A DNA stretch of 64,000 bases from Candidatus Nanohaloarchaea archaeon (GCA_042218075.1 JBDGRK010000005.1:87693-151692); one strand, 5' to 3'; shown: positions 29,879 through 39,922, counted from the stretch's first letter. Numbers and translations are program-made. The notes: a model not told the origin generated them from the sequence alone.

Positions 29879-31228
29879 ATGGTAGCTAAAGCTGAATTTT
29901 CCAGTGATCTCGGAGGGGAGTCCGGAAGTAGTATTGAAGATATAGGGTTCACATCAGTGTCCGGAGCTGAATTCATAGTCGAGCTTGACCGGATTACCGA
30001 TTTTGATACCCCTAGTCATGAAAGTTTGAGGGATATTGTAAAAGCAACTATCAATCTACAAAAGAACAAATCGGGTGATGAAGAAATATCTACCGGTATA
30101 GATGATAAAACGGAAGACTGGGAGGAATTTTTCGTAGATTATGAACAAGTTATAACGATATATGGAAATATAGTGGAGGAAGGAGGTCAAGAGTTTGATC
30201 GTAATGATATTGATCAGAAAATCCAAGATCATGTTTCTTCAAATAGAGAGTCACAAGAGAATTTGGATGGCGACTCACTTGCGATCCAAAAAGGTTCAGA
30301 AGAACTGAGCGATATCATTCCTGAAAATATCTCTGTAAATATTCTGGATGGAGGTCTAATTCTAACCTCTTTAGCGAATACTTTCAACTACGATGTATCT
30401 GAGGAAGTACTAAGAAGTGAACTAGAAGATTATAGTAGGGGAGATAAAATCTCTGGTGAAAAATTGCTTGAAATCCTTGATAATATAACTCAAACGGCTG
30501 AAGAGCGGATCGTATACGATCTTGAAAGCCTTAAAGGGGTTTCTCTCAAAACAGATGAAAAATGCAAAAGTACGGAGGAAGTCGAATCATGGCTGAAAGA
30601 AGAAGAGTTGGACTGGAAAAAGGTTGATGAGGATAATGTAATTGAAAGGGATGAATCAAAAAATAATGAATTCGTCTGGAAAGAACTGGAAAGGAATAAT
30701 TCAGATAAATATTCTACCTTGATGCAAATAGAAGGGATCGATGAAGATGAAGCCGAGGAAATTATGGAACATGATGGGAACAGCAAGATGGCCAGAAAGA
30801 TTCTGGAAACAGAATACAAGAAGGAGAATCTAGAAAAATTTATCGACTGGGATACTTTTGCCAAGGGATCCACATACAGTGAATCTGAATATCTGTTTGC
30901 CGAAATGGATGAAGATGAGAGACATGAAGTGATCGATAAAATGGTGGAGAATAGTAGCATAACCAAGACATGGACCCAAGGAGATACACTAATGGGATAC
31001 GATGAGGATAAAGGGCATCCGGTTGCGCTGATATATTCTTACGAGCAGAAAATGGAAAATATGGCAAATAGCTCTAGTGGTATCTCAGAGATGCTGGAAG
31101 ATGCGGGTCAATACGTCAATGACTACGGGAAGTCTGCTCTTAAATCACTGGAAGTTGAAGAAGCTACAGGAAGTATAGAGGAAGAAAAGCTTGTCGAATA
31201 TATAAATTCTGAATGGCGGATGTATTAG
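29879..31228 (+). CDS. Hypothetical highly acidic protein
   Basis: 449-aa ORF in AT-richer DNA; no recognisable motif. Confidence 0.75.
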   Translation: MVAKAEFSSDLGGESGSSIEDIGFTSVSGAEFIVELDRITDFDTPSHESLRDIVKATINLQKNKSGDEEISTGIDDKTEDWEEFFVDYEQVITIYGNIVEEGGQEFDRNDIDQKIQDHVSSNRESQENLDGDSLAIQKGSEELSDIIPENISVNILDGGLILTSLANTFNYDVSEEVLRSELEDYSRGDKISGEKLLEILDNITQTAEERIVYDLESLKGVSLKTDEKCKSTEEVESWLKEEELDWKKVDEDNVIERDESKNNEFVWKELERNNSDKYSTLMQIEGIDEDEAEEIMEHDGNSKMARKILETEYKKENLEKFIDWDTFAKGSTYSESEYLFAEMDEDERHEVIDKMVENSSITKTWTQGDTLMGYDEDKGHPVALIYSYEQKMENMANSSSGISEMLEDAGQYVNDYGKSALKSLEVEEATGSIEEEKLVEYINSEWRMY

Positions 31229-31299
31229 TCAGAAACCTTACTAGTACTATAGATCAAAAAACTGTTTATGAGCAGTTTTTCAATCTAATACCGAGATAA

Positions 31300-31695
31300 T
31301 TAAGTTAAATCAGTTTCTATTGCTCTCAATTCTTCCTTAATAGTATTTAACCTTTTTCTGGCAGCCTCACTCTTATTCTCAATTTCATTTATTGCAGATT
31401 TAAGTTCTTCCACAGTCTTAATCGCATCCTGTTCATCGGCTATCATGCTCTTAACTTCGTTTCTATTAATACTTCCGCTCCTCAGAACGTTTCTGTTATC
31501 AACTTCCTCTATGTGACTATCTAAAAATTCAACTACTTCCGTCACATCTCCCATCACTTCCTTTGCGTCTGATTTCCAGATATCTATGAAACTTTGTATT
31601 GCGCCAATATACTCATCATTCAATTTATCAAACTGACCATGAATCTTCCTGTTACCATTATAGACTTCCATCAACGGTTCTTTAGCCTGAGACAT
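31300..31695 (-). CDS. Hypothetical coiled-coil protein
   Basis: 131-aa helical, heptad-like ORF. Confidence 0.65.
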   Translation of the reverse strand: MSQAKEPLMEVYNGNRKIHGQFDKLNDEYIGAIQSFIDIWKSDAKEVMGDVTEVVEFLDSHIEEVDNRNVLRSGSINRNEVKSMIADEQDAIKTVEELKSAINEIENKSEAARKRLNTIKEELRAIETDLT

Positions 31696-31967
31696 AAAAC
31701 ATATTACGCTGTTTATTTATAAAAAACGTTGACAAAGAATTTTAGCAGAACTTTTTTGGATGTAATTTAGATAATCTTAAGATATCCTGGCGGGTCATAA
31801 AACTTCCAGAAACCAAGTAGATCATCTCTAGGGAATTAAATATTTGAGCTTTATTATGTCGTGATAATTTTCATTCGAATAAAGTTTTTTAGCCTCTAAT
31901 CCTAAATCCTCCATCCCTGATTTGAAGTTATAAATATATACATCAAAATAGCTAATCAAATTATAGT

Positions 31968-32633
31968 ATGAAACGTAGAAGATTATTGGGTCTTGCGGCC
32001 TCTGCGTCTGTATTATCAGGATGTAATGAAGCGAGGGAGCAGGATCAAGAACTGGAAACCCAGAAAACTGCTTCAAGCAATTCCACATCAGCTTTGGATC
32101 TGTCTCCTCCGAAAGACAGAAGTTATGAAGTAGCTCATGTCTCATGGCCCGATCCGATAAAAGATGCCGTGAATCGATTGGAAAAAGAGATAGATATCCA
32201 CATATTTGAAGATAGAGAAATACTGGCCAGGAAAAAAGGTTATACAGAGATCAGTAAAATGATCGGTCTGAAGCTGAGTGAAATCGATAAAGATATCTAC
32301 GAAGTTGAGATATCCTTATCTGTGGATAAATCAGATTTTGATGACAACTTAGATTATAATCTAGGGCCTGTTTCGGCAAGAAACATTTTGCGACCGATTA
32401 ACGTCATTTGTTATAATGAATTGAACGATATATGTTACGGAGACGAAGATGCAAAAAGTTTCGAACATGTCTTAGGTTCTCTCTCAATTCAGCTAAATGG
32501 ATGGGAAAGAAGTTATGAAATCGAATATGCCATAGAAAGACTTGAAACAGACGAGTACTCACTCCAGGATTTTGTAAATTTCGATGACAGGAGAGAATTT
32601 GAAGAAATATTTCAGGCAAAGATGGATGAATGA
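31968..32633 (+). CDS. Putative Tat-exported lipoprotein
   Basis: MKRRRLL twin-Arg plus LSGC lipobox. Confidence 0.75.
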   Translation: MKRRRLLGLAASASVLSGCNEAREQDQELETQKTASSNSTSALDLSPPKDRSYEVAHVSWPDPIKDAVNRLEKEIDIHIFEDREILARKKGYTEISKMIGLKLSEIDKDIYEVEISLSVDKSDFDDNLDYNLGPVSARNILRPINVICYNELNDICYGDEDAKSFEHVLGSLSIQLNGWERSYEIEYAIERLETDEYSLQDFVNFDDRREFEEIFQAKMDE

Positions 32634-32855
32634 ATCAGCCGGGAAATATGAGCTTCACATTTAGGGAAGTTCGATTGAAACACACAAACTACTGTTTGAA
32701 CTTTATGAACATCGTATACCTTTTAATCCATGATGTTTTGATCAAAATAAAACAAAAATTATTACCTGCCCATTGGGATATTGAGGTAAAAATGAGTGTG
32801 AATAATTAATGAACACTCATAAAATTTTCTGACTTACACCAAAGAATCCCACCAC

Positions 32856-33019
32856 AAAGAAGGTATACAAGATACCTGCTGACCGACTCACTCGCCACCC
32901 GTGAAGAAAATATACCTTCTTTATTATTACCCTTTTCCACCTCGCCTACCCAAGCCAGTTTACTGAGAAAGTGGTGAAAACGAGAATAAGATTGATTCTG
33001 ATATACCTTCTTTATTATT
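32856..33019. repeat. 19-bp direct repeat plus inverted 12-bp core
   Basis: ATATACCTTCTTTATTATT at 32910-32928 and 33001-33019; AAAGAAGGTATA (reverse complement of the core) at 32856-32867. Confidence 0.8.
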
Positions 33020-33073
33020 TGATATTGGCCAAGATTCTGAAGAATTGGCTAAAAAATAGTAAAAGAAATTATA

Positions 33074-33712
33074 ATGTTTTCAGAGAGAATTGATATTATG
33101 TCTGCTCAAAGTCCGACCGAAGAACTTCTCGATGATATAAGAAATCTAGAAGATGATATCGAAGGGCTAGAGAACCAATATCGCAATCTGAACCACTCTA
33201 TACCTTTATACCTGCAGAAACTCGCAAAAGGAATGAGAAAGCATGAAAGAACTTTAATTGACAAAAAAAATAGAAAAACTGTGATTGGCTATAGAAAAGG
33301 TATTATAGAAGTTTTAGAAATTGTAAAGGAACTTTATAGGAATAATAATTATCATATAATGCTTAGACAAGTCCAAGACTTGACATGTTCGATTCAAAAA
33401 CATGAAAACTTTAGTTCGGATCTGCAAAAGTTGTTAGAACATTTTTCAGCCAAAGAGATAGACAAATTCATCAATACAAACAGAGCGAAACTGTTGGATA
33501 TAGGCAGAGAAGAAGGCTATAATGTGGAAATTCCGCGACTTATTCTGAATAAATCTGAAACAATGCGAAATACAGCAGAAAAGCTGGGAGAAAAGGGAAA
33601 AAAATCCGAGGCAGAAGGTTTACTTATAATTGGAGCTCTACTTCTGAAGGCGCTAGAGAATTTATATGAGGATAAATGTGGCCAATATATTTTGAAAGAA
33701 TTAGCCGCATAA
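33074..33712 (+). CDS. Hypothetical helical protein
   Basis: 212-aa ORF, AT-rich, less acidic than the core genes. Confidence 0.65.
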   Translation: MFSERIDIMSAQSPTEELLDDIRNLEDDIEGLENQYRNLNHSIPLYLQKLAKGMRKHERTLIDKKNRKTVIGYRKGIIEVLEIVKELYRNNNYHIMLRQVQDLTCSIQKHENFSSDLQKLLEHFSAKEIDKFINTNRAKLLDIGREEGYNVEIPRLILNKSETMRNTAEKLGEKGKKSEAEGLLIIGALLLKALENLYEDKCGQYILKELAA

Positions 33713-33941
33713 AGCTTCTGAAGAGTAAAAATTGGAAAAGTGGGAAAAATAGATAAAGGTTGTTCGTTAAATTATAACACTCATTGATCGAATAAACTAC
33801 TAACTAGTTAGAACGATATTTTTAAAATAACTTTGAATGTTCAATATAGTTAAACATAATATTGTTCAGATTCTATGCACACTCAAGTACGCTGTGAGTT
33901 TTCAGAGAGGATTTATCAGTATAATTTCTGAATAATCAGGT

Positions 33942-34180
33942 GTGAAGCGAGTAGATACCACCTTCCCGGAGGAGAACAGGGATGAAGTAGAGGAAGTGCT
34001 CGGGGATTAAGGTGAGAAGAAGGCTGTGTTCAGTGAGGTTGAGAGGAGGGGAAGGATTTCCTGAGATGCGAGATCGTATGGAAGTCGACGGAGATAGACG
34101 AGTTGATAGAGGAGATTGAAGGATTTATAGAGATAGAGTCAGGCGACCTGCTGGTCGAGGTTCTGGAGCAGACTACTTGA
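33942..34180 (+). pseudogene. Degraded gene fragment (possibly a DUF389/TIGR00341-like N-terminus)
   Basis: VKRVDTTFPEENRDEVEEVLGD* then ...EIDELIEEIEGFIEIESGDLLVEVLEQTT*; host-like acidic codons broken by stops. Confidence 0.4.
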
Positions 34181-34235
34181 ATCGAGAAGGGAAAGAGCCA
34201 CAGGGTTTAAATATTAGAAAGCAAATAGATGAAAT

Positions 34236-34757
34236 ATGTCTAAAATCTTTGAGGAGATGACCGGGTACCAGCTGATGATAGTCTGGGGTGCCGCCGTTGT
34301 CGCGGGATGGCTGGGTTCCCAGATTCTGGCTTCCACGGGCTACTTTGGCGCGAACACCGTGCTTGCGATAACCACTCTGTGGCTGATCGGTGCGCTGATA
34401 CCAGTGATAGCTTCATACCTGTGGACCCGGGAAAACGATTTCGAGTGGATCCTGGCTATCTGGCCGGCTGTAGGAGTTGCAGGGATACTGGCAACGTACG
34501 CAGTGGCGCTCAACTACCTGACAGTCAACCCGATGCACATGTACGGTACTTTCTGGTTCGTGGCTCCGGCTGTTGGATTTCTTGCTACGGTTTACTACGT
34601 AGATGACTGGAGCAGAAATCTCTATCTTGGCGCTGCTTTACTGAACCTTGGGGGGGCATACGCTCTGCTACAGGTTCCATCCTTCGCTACCTACTACTAC
34701 ACGTTCGCTGCGGTAGCACAGGGAGTGCCGATGCTGGTGCACGGTTACAGGGGCTAG
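34236..34757 (+). CDS. Hypothetical multi-TM membrane protein
   Basis: About six hydrophobic segments. Confidence 0.75.
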   Translation: MSKIFEEMTGYQLMIVWGAAVVAGWLGSQILASTGYFGANTVLAITTLWLIGALIPVIASYLWTRENDFEWILAIWPAVGVAGILATYAVALNYLTVNPMHMYGTFWFVAPAVGFLATVYYVDDWSRNLYLGAALLNLGGAYALLQVPSFATYYYTFAAVAQGVPMLVHGYRG

Positions 34758-34843
34758 AACCGCTGGAGAATTTTTACTTTTTCTTTTTTCTTGATAACCA
34801 CTCTATTTAAATAGATAGGAGATTAGTGGTTTGACGTGGTAGA

Positions 34844-35041
34844 ATGGAGTTTTCTGTATCAAAGATGAAGGAAATGATCAAAAATGAAGGCGACAAGAGG
34901 GTGTCAGAGGAGGCCGCAGAACACCTTGGAGATCTCCTGGAGATGTTCGCGGGCGATGTGGCAGAGGAGGCAATAGCGGTCGCCAGAGACGATAACAGGA
35001 AGACTGTGAGAGCCGATGACGTCAGGGAGGCATTAAACTGA
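34844..35041 (+). CDS. Second archaeal histone-fold protein
   Basis: KRVSEEAA...RKTVRADDV. Confidence 0.9.
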   Translation: MEFSVSKMKEMIKNEGDKRVSEEAAEHLGDLLEMFAGDVAEEAIAVARDDNRKTVRADDVREALN

Positions 35042-35098
35042 GTTTTCGAATTTTCACGCATCGCCACGGATTTAAGTTTTCCATCTCAACTGTTTTCT

Positions 35099-36094
35099 AT
35101 GGAGCAGGAACAAATAATCGAAAAGATAGTTGAAGAGACAGAGCTTGAAGAGGAAGAAGTAGAGGAAAAAGTGGAGGAAAAGATGGAAGAATTCGAGGGG
35201 CTGGTGTCAGAGGAAGGCGCCGTCCACCTTGTTGCGAAAGAAGCAGGAGTTCAACTCGCGGAGACCTCGAGCCAGGACCTGAAGGTGGATAACATCGTCC
35301 CGGAGATGAGAAAGGTTAACATCAAGGCAAGAATAGTCGACATATCCGATGTAAATACCTTCGAGAGGGACGATGGAGACGAGGGAAAGGTTCAGAACAT
35401 AGTTCTGGGAGATGATACCGGAACGATTAGACTCACGCTATGGGACGAGCAGACAGAGATAGCGGAGAAAGTTGAAGAAGGGGATGCTATAAGCATATCA
35501 GGAGCCTACTCGGTGGAGGACAACCAGGGAAGAGCCGAATTGAGGCTGGGAGACTCGGCCCAGGTTAAGATGGCGGAGGAAGATGAAGTCCCAGAAGTAG
35601 AGAGTTCAGGAAGCATGGATACCACCGAGGCAGATATACGAGAAGTAAGATCTGAAAACGCCAGCTACGAGGTAGAAGGAATGATAGTGGATGTCTATAC
35701 CAGCAACCCCTTCTACTCTACATGCCCGGAATGCGGATCGACCGTGAGGGAAAACGATGATGGAGAGTTTGTCTGCGAGGAAGACGGAGAGGTTGAGCCT
35801 GACAAGGCGCTGGCAGTGTCGGCTGTGATCGATGATGGAACTGATAATATCAGGACTGTATTCTTCAGGGATCGTGCCAGGGATCTACTTGGCGTTGAAG
35901 AGAAGCAGGAGAAGGAAGGAGACAAGGAAGCAGTCGAGAAAGGAGCCGAGGAGACTATTGGGAAAAAGCTGCGGCTGGAGGGAAGGACTCGCTACAACGA
36001 TTACTTCGGCACTCTGGAGATACTGGCAAATGGATTCGAGGAAATTGATACGGTAGATCAGATCAAGGAAATGCTGGAGACACTCAAGGCATGA
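35099..36094 (+). CDS. rpa: Replication protein A (OB-fold ssDNA-binding, Zn finger)
   Basis: GLVSEEGA N-terminus, GDDTGTIRLTLW, CPEC, DDGTDNIR. Confidence 0.88.
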   Translation: MEQEQIIEKIVEETELEEEEVEEKVEEKMEEFEGLVSEEGAVHLVAKEAGVQLAETSSQDLKVDNIVPEMRKVNIKARIVDISDVNTFERDDGDEGKVQNIVLGDDTGTIRLTLWDEQTEIAEKVEEGDAISISGAYSVEDNQGRAELRLGDSAQVKMAEEDEVPEVESSGSMDTTEADIREVRSENASYEVEGMIVDVYTSNPFYSTCPECGSTVRENDDGEFVCEEDGEVEPDKALAVSAVIDDGTDNIRTVFFRDRARDLLGVEEKQEKEGDKEAVEKGAEETIGKKLRLEGRTRYNDYFGTLEILANGFEEIDTVDQIKEMLETLKA

Positions 36095-36161
36095 CCCAAG
36101 CACTAAAAAGATTAAAAAGTATTTTACAGTTTAGAAGATCTTTAAACGAGGCAAAGATACT

Positions 36162-37112
36162 ATGACAGAAGAAAAAGAGGTAGAACTCGAGGACTTGAAA
36201 GGAGTTGGAAGCAAAACAGCGGAAAAGCTGCGGGAAGCAGGATATGACGACCTGATGTCGATCGCAACAATGAGCTCCGGAGACCTTGGTGAAGTTGCGG
36301 ATCTTGGCGATAAGAAGGCCCAGAAGATTATTACAGCGGCCAGACAGGAGCTCGACATAGGATTCCAGACCGGGAAGCAGAAGTACGAGACCAGGAAGGA
36401 TATGGGAAGGATATCCACGGGATCGGATAACCTGAACGAGGTGCTCGGCGGAGGAGTTGAGACCCAGGCCATAACCGAATTCTACGGGGAGTACGGCTCC
36501 GCGAAGACCCAGATCTCTCACCAGCTATCCGTCAACGTCCAGATGCCGGAAGAGGAAGGCGGACTGGAGAAAGGCGTGGTTTACATCGATACCGAAGACA
36601 CGTTTATTCCTGAAAGAGTGGAGCAGATGGCCGATGACACAGGGCTTGAGGCGGAAGAGGTTCTGGACAACATCCACGTCGCCAGAGCGTACAACTCCGA
36701 CCACCAGGTGCTGCTTGCTGAGGAGGCACAGGATATCTGCCAGCAGCAGGACATCGGCCTGATAGTCGTTGATTCATTGACCTCACAGTTCCGGGCAGAT
36801 TACGTGGGCAGGGGCGAACTCGCGCCGAGACAGCAGAAGCTTAACAGGCACATGAACACTCTTCTGAGGCTAGCTAACTCCCACAACGCCGCTGTAGTTG
36901 TAACCAACCAGGTTATGAGCAATCCCGACCAGATGTTCGGTGATCCGACAAAGGCGATAGGAGGACACATCGTGGCTCACAACTCGGCTATAAGAGTCTA
37001 CCTCAGGAAGGGAAAAAAGGACAAGAGAGTCGCCCGACTGGTGGACTCGCCCTACATGCCGGAGGCAGAGGCCGTCTTCAAGGTGAAGGATGAAGGGATA
37101 ATTGATGGGTAA
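36162..37112 (+). CDS. radA: DNA repair/recombination protein RadA
   Basis: HhH N-domain, LGGGVET, GEYGSAKT, YIDTE, VVDS, TNQV, GGHIVAH. Confidence 0.96.
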   Translation: MTEEKEVELEDLKGVGSKTAEKLREAGYDDLMSIATMSSGDLGEVADLGDKKAQKIITAARQELDIGFQTGKQKYETRKDMGRISTGSDNLNEVLGGGVETQAITEFYGEYGSAKTQISHQLSVNVQMPEEEGGLEKGVVYIDTEDTFIPERVEQMADDTGLEAEEVLDNIHVARAYNSDHQVLLAEEAQDICQQQDIGLIVVDSLTSQFRADYVGRGELAPRQQKLNRHMNTLLRLANSHNAAVVVTNQVMSNPDQMFGDPTKAIGGHIVAHNSAIRVYLRKGKKDKRVARLVDSPYMPEAEAVFKVKDEGIIDG

Positions 37113-37121
37113 TTGAATCAA

Positions 37122-37616
37122 TTATGAGGAAATGAGTTCTGCTAATTCTTCTGCGCTCATTCCCTTTATTTCCTCTTTAAACTCATCTCTAGACCAATCC
37201 TTGTCGGCCTTTGAAGGAAACTCTATATCAGATTCCTTGCGAGCTTGATTCAAAGATTCCCTTTTTTGACTAAGGGCCTGATGAACATCTTGAATCGTAG
37301 ATGCCTCTTGCTCAAGTTTTTCAATTTTCTGGACTATATCATAAACCTCTTCAGCAACTACATGTAACAGAGCATTAAAAATGTCATATTGTTTGGCAAT
37401 TTCCTTTCTTTCCTTGTTATTAACTCTTCTCTCAGTTCTTAATCTATTCTCAAGGCTTTCAACACGATGTAATTCGTCCTTTAGAATTTCTGCCTTCTTC
37501 AATGCATCTCCTTCTTCACGAGCTAGAGATTCATGCTTCTCTCTTAAATTTTCAAGGTGTCTCTCTAGTTCATTCACATTTCCCTCAAAAGCATCTTCAA
37601 TATCATCTATTCCCAT
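37122..37616 (-). CDS. Hypothetical coiled-coil protein
   Basis: 164-aa heptad-rich ORF directly downstream of the PRC-barrel gene. Confidence 0.7.
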   Translation of the reverse strand: MGIDDIEDAFEGNVNELERHLENLREKHESLAREEGDALKKAEILKDELHRVESLENRLRTERRVNNKERKEIAKQYDIFNALLHVVAEEVYDIVQKIEKLEQEASTIQDVHQALSQKRESLNQARKESDIEFPSKADKDWSRDEFKEEIKGMSAEELAELISS

Positions 37617-37625
37617 TTTTTCACC

Positions 37626-37886
37626 TCAGACTATATCGTCTTCGCTCACGATAACAAAATCTCCTATGCTTCTTACTGCGGAGAAAGGAATGATGTTTCT
37701 GCCCTTCCGGTCTTCCTGGAGTTTTACTTCATCGATATGCTCTGTAGTACCGGATATCAGTAGGTTCATGAGTTCTCCCGTGTCGGCCACAAAGGAAATA
37801 TCGTTGACCTCTCCATACTTTTTGCCGTGTTCTTCGGAAACAATCGTCTTGCCGACCAGTTGAGAGCCTCGGGGTCTGTCCGCCAT
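37626..37886 (-). CDS. PRC-barrel domain protein (CdpB-like)
   Basis: LVGKTIVSEEHGKKYGEV..ISF..TGEL...IIPFSAVRSIGDFVIV. Confidence 0.88.
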   Translation of the reverse strand: MADRPRGSQLVGKTIVSEEHGKKYGEVNDISFVADTGELMNLLISGTTEHIDEVKLQEDRKGRNIIPFSAVRSIGDFVIVSEDDIV

Positions 37887-37937
37887 TTAATCTTACCTCG
37901 TGTAAAACTTTTAGCACCTGATCATTAAAAACTTAAC

Positions 37938-38474
37938 ATGGTGAGAGCCTTCACCGCCGTGGAAATCAGCGACCGGGATTTACTTGAAGAGCTTTCAAGG
38001 GTAAGGGACAGACTTGACCTAGGTTTTTCCCCAGTCGAGGCTGGAAAAATGCACATGACTCTGGAGTTCTTCAGTGATATAGATCAGGAAGAGCTGGAAA
38101 AAGTCAAAGAATCGATGGACCAGGTTTCGATAGGAGGTTTCAATGGCGAGGTAAGAGGGGTTGGATGTTTTCCCAACAGGGACTACATCAGGGTAGTCTG
38201 GGCAGGTGTAGAGTCGGAGAAGATTTACGATCTAGAACGCAAAGTATCTGATAACGGTGTTGTATCCGACAACGATCACGATTTTCATCCGCACGTCACT
38301 CTAATGAGAGTAAAAAATATAAGTCAGAAACAGAAAAACAAGTTACAGAGAAGTCTTAGAGAGTTTGAAGACCATTACATCGGCGAAATAGAGATAAAGC
38401 GTCTGAAACTTTTCAAGTCAGAGTTTAAAGGCGGTGAATCTGTATATACGGAATTGCACAGCTCCAGGATCTGA
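37938..38474 (+). CDS. thpR: RNA 2',3'-cyclic phosphodiesterase (2H family)
   Basis: HMTLEF and HPHVTL 2H motifs, RVVWAG. Confidence 0.92.
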   Translation: MVRAFTAVEISDRDLLEELSRVRDRLDLGFSPVEAGKMHMTLEFFSDIDQEELEKVKESMDQVSIGGFNGEVRGVGCFPNRDYIRVVWAGVESEKIYDLERKVSDNGVVSDNDHDFHPHVTLMRVKNISQKQKNKLQRSLREFEDHYIGEIEIKRLKLFKSEFKGGESVYTELHSSRI

Positions 38475-38815
38475 AGCACCGAGAGCTCTACTTTCTGTCC
38501 CTAATTTTCGCAGCAGTTGGAATAACGGTTCTGTATTTTACTACCGTGTGGATGGAACCGGAAAAAGTGAGAGTTGACGAGATCAAAACATCTATGGTGG
38601 GGGACGTCGTGGGGGTCAGTGGAGAGGTCGCCAACTACAGTTATTATGGCGGGAACAGTTTCTTTCAGCTGAAAGACGGGAATTCAAGCATCAAGGCTGT
38701 TCAATTCGATTCTGAGAAAAGGCTGGAGGAAGGTAAAGAAGTAAGAGTTAAGGGCGAACTGGCTATTTACAAGGGGAAGATGGAGATAATCGTGGATTCT
38801 GTAGAGAAGAAATAG
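38471..38815 (+). CDS. Membrane-anchored OB-fold protein
   Basis: OB fold (VSGEV, FFQLKDG, VRVKGELAIYKG); the frame stays open upstream through a TM helix to CTG 38471, overlapping the thpR stop. Confidence 0.7.
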   Translation: MKHRELYFLSLIFAAVGITVLYFTTVWMEPEKVRVDEIKTSMVGDVVGVSGEVANYSYYGGNSFFQLKDGNSSIKAVQFDSEKRLEEGKEVRVKGELAIYKGKMEIIVDSVEKK

Positions 38816-38844
38816 TTTTAACGATCATACTCTCATCCGGAATT

Positions 38845-39231
38845 ATGCTGCTCTACCTTGTTATAATCCTACTGGCGCTCCCATTCCTAGACCTCTATAT
38901 CCTGATCCAGGCAGCGGACTTTATCGGAATTGTCCCGACACTGGGCCTGATACTTGCTACAGGTTTGATCGGTGCAGCGATCCTGAAGCGGGAGATGGAA
39001 AGGGTGGGCAGAAAACTTTTCACATCGGTAACTGCCAGGGAGATTTCAAGAAACATGCTGGAAGGTTTTCTTCTACTGGTGGGCGGAATAATGCTTCTGA
39101 CTCCTGGCTTTTTAACAGATTTTACCGGTTTTTTGCTGCTTGTGAGGCCTCTCAGGGTTAAGCTGATGCTGAGGATCGAGGAAAAACTGGAGAACAGCTC
39201 TAACGTCAGTGTGCAGGTCGGAACTATTTAG
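38845..39231 (+). CDS. fxsA: FxsA family membrane protein
   Basis: LPFLDL, GGIMLLTPGFLTD. Confidence 0.88.
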   Translation: MLLYLVIILLALPFLDLYILIQAADFIGIVPTLGLILATGLIGAAILKREMERVGRKLFTSVTAREISRNMLEGFLLLVGGIMLLTPGFLTDFTGFLLLVRPLRVKLMLRIEEKLENSSNVSVQVGTI

Positions 39232-39922
39232 CTCGATAAGAAATTATGAATGAAGCGGCGAAGACCGCCAGGCCAAGCTCTGAGGGAACGCTAAATCCGT
39301 ATAGCGACATTGCTATCAGCAAGAGTACAATAGAGGAACCCTTTCTTATGTAATCGAGCTCCAGGCCTGAGATATTAATTCTGGCCGCGAGATACAGTGC
39401 AGCAAGCGAAATAATCGAAGTCAATAGCGCCGGCATTACGTATTCAAAACTGAACTGGAGAGAGCCCGGGTTCTTTACTGATAGCATCAGTCCGGTCACA
39501 AGTATGGCCGGAACGGAGAGTTTATCCGCCAGCCTGAGCTCTGACAATTTCATTGCTATCGAAATCAGCGCAAGCCCGGCCGCGTATCTAAATCTCTGGA
39601 TGTGGAACAGCTGCTCGTAGATCGGCGCCACAAGAGACACTATCAGGGCTCCCAGTAGAAGGTATGGAGCTGCCTGCTTCACCATATATATTGCTTCTTC
39701 AGTGTCTCTTGAACAGGAGTAAAGAACTGCGAGCGTTCCAGCACCTGTGAAAACTGTAAGTGAAATCGCTACAACATCGGAGAAAGTCTCCATCGCTCCA
39801 GTGACGAGTAAAGTGGCGAAAACTCCATCGATAAGAGGGAGGCAGAGTATAAATATCAGTCTCCTCGTATCGTGATCCGGCAAGTGCCGTGAAGCGCCGT
39901 CCCTGTACTCCTCCAGAACCAT
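39224..39922 (-). CDS. DUF5794-like membrane protein
   Basis: LCLPLIDGVFATL motif resembling the haloarchaeal DUF5794 family; ATG 39922 preferred. Confidence 0.7.
   Translation of the reverse strand: MVLEEYRDGASRHLPDHDTRRLIFILCLPLIDGVFATLLVTGAMETFSDVVAISLTVFTGAGTLAVLYSCSRDTEEAIYMVKQAAPYLLLGALIVSLVAPIYEQLFHIQRFRYAAGLALISIAMKLSELRLADKLSVPAILVTGLMLSVKNPGSLQFSFEYVMPALLTSIISLAALYLAARINISGLELDYIRKGSSIVLLLIAMSLYGFSVPSELGLAVFAASFIISYRAK

Noticed and set aside
32856-33019. CRISPR array
   Set aside because: Only two direct copies, 19 bp long with a 72-bp spacer, and no cas genes; no CRISPR array seen anywhere in the window.
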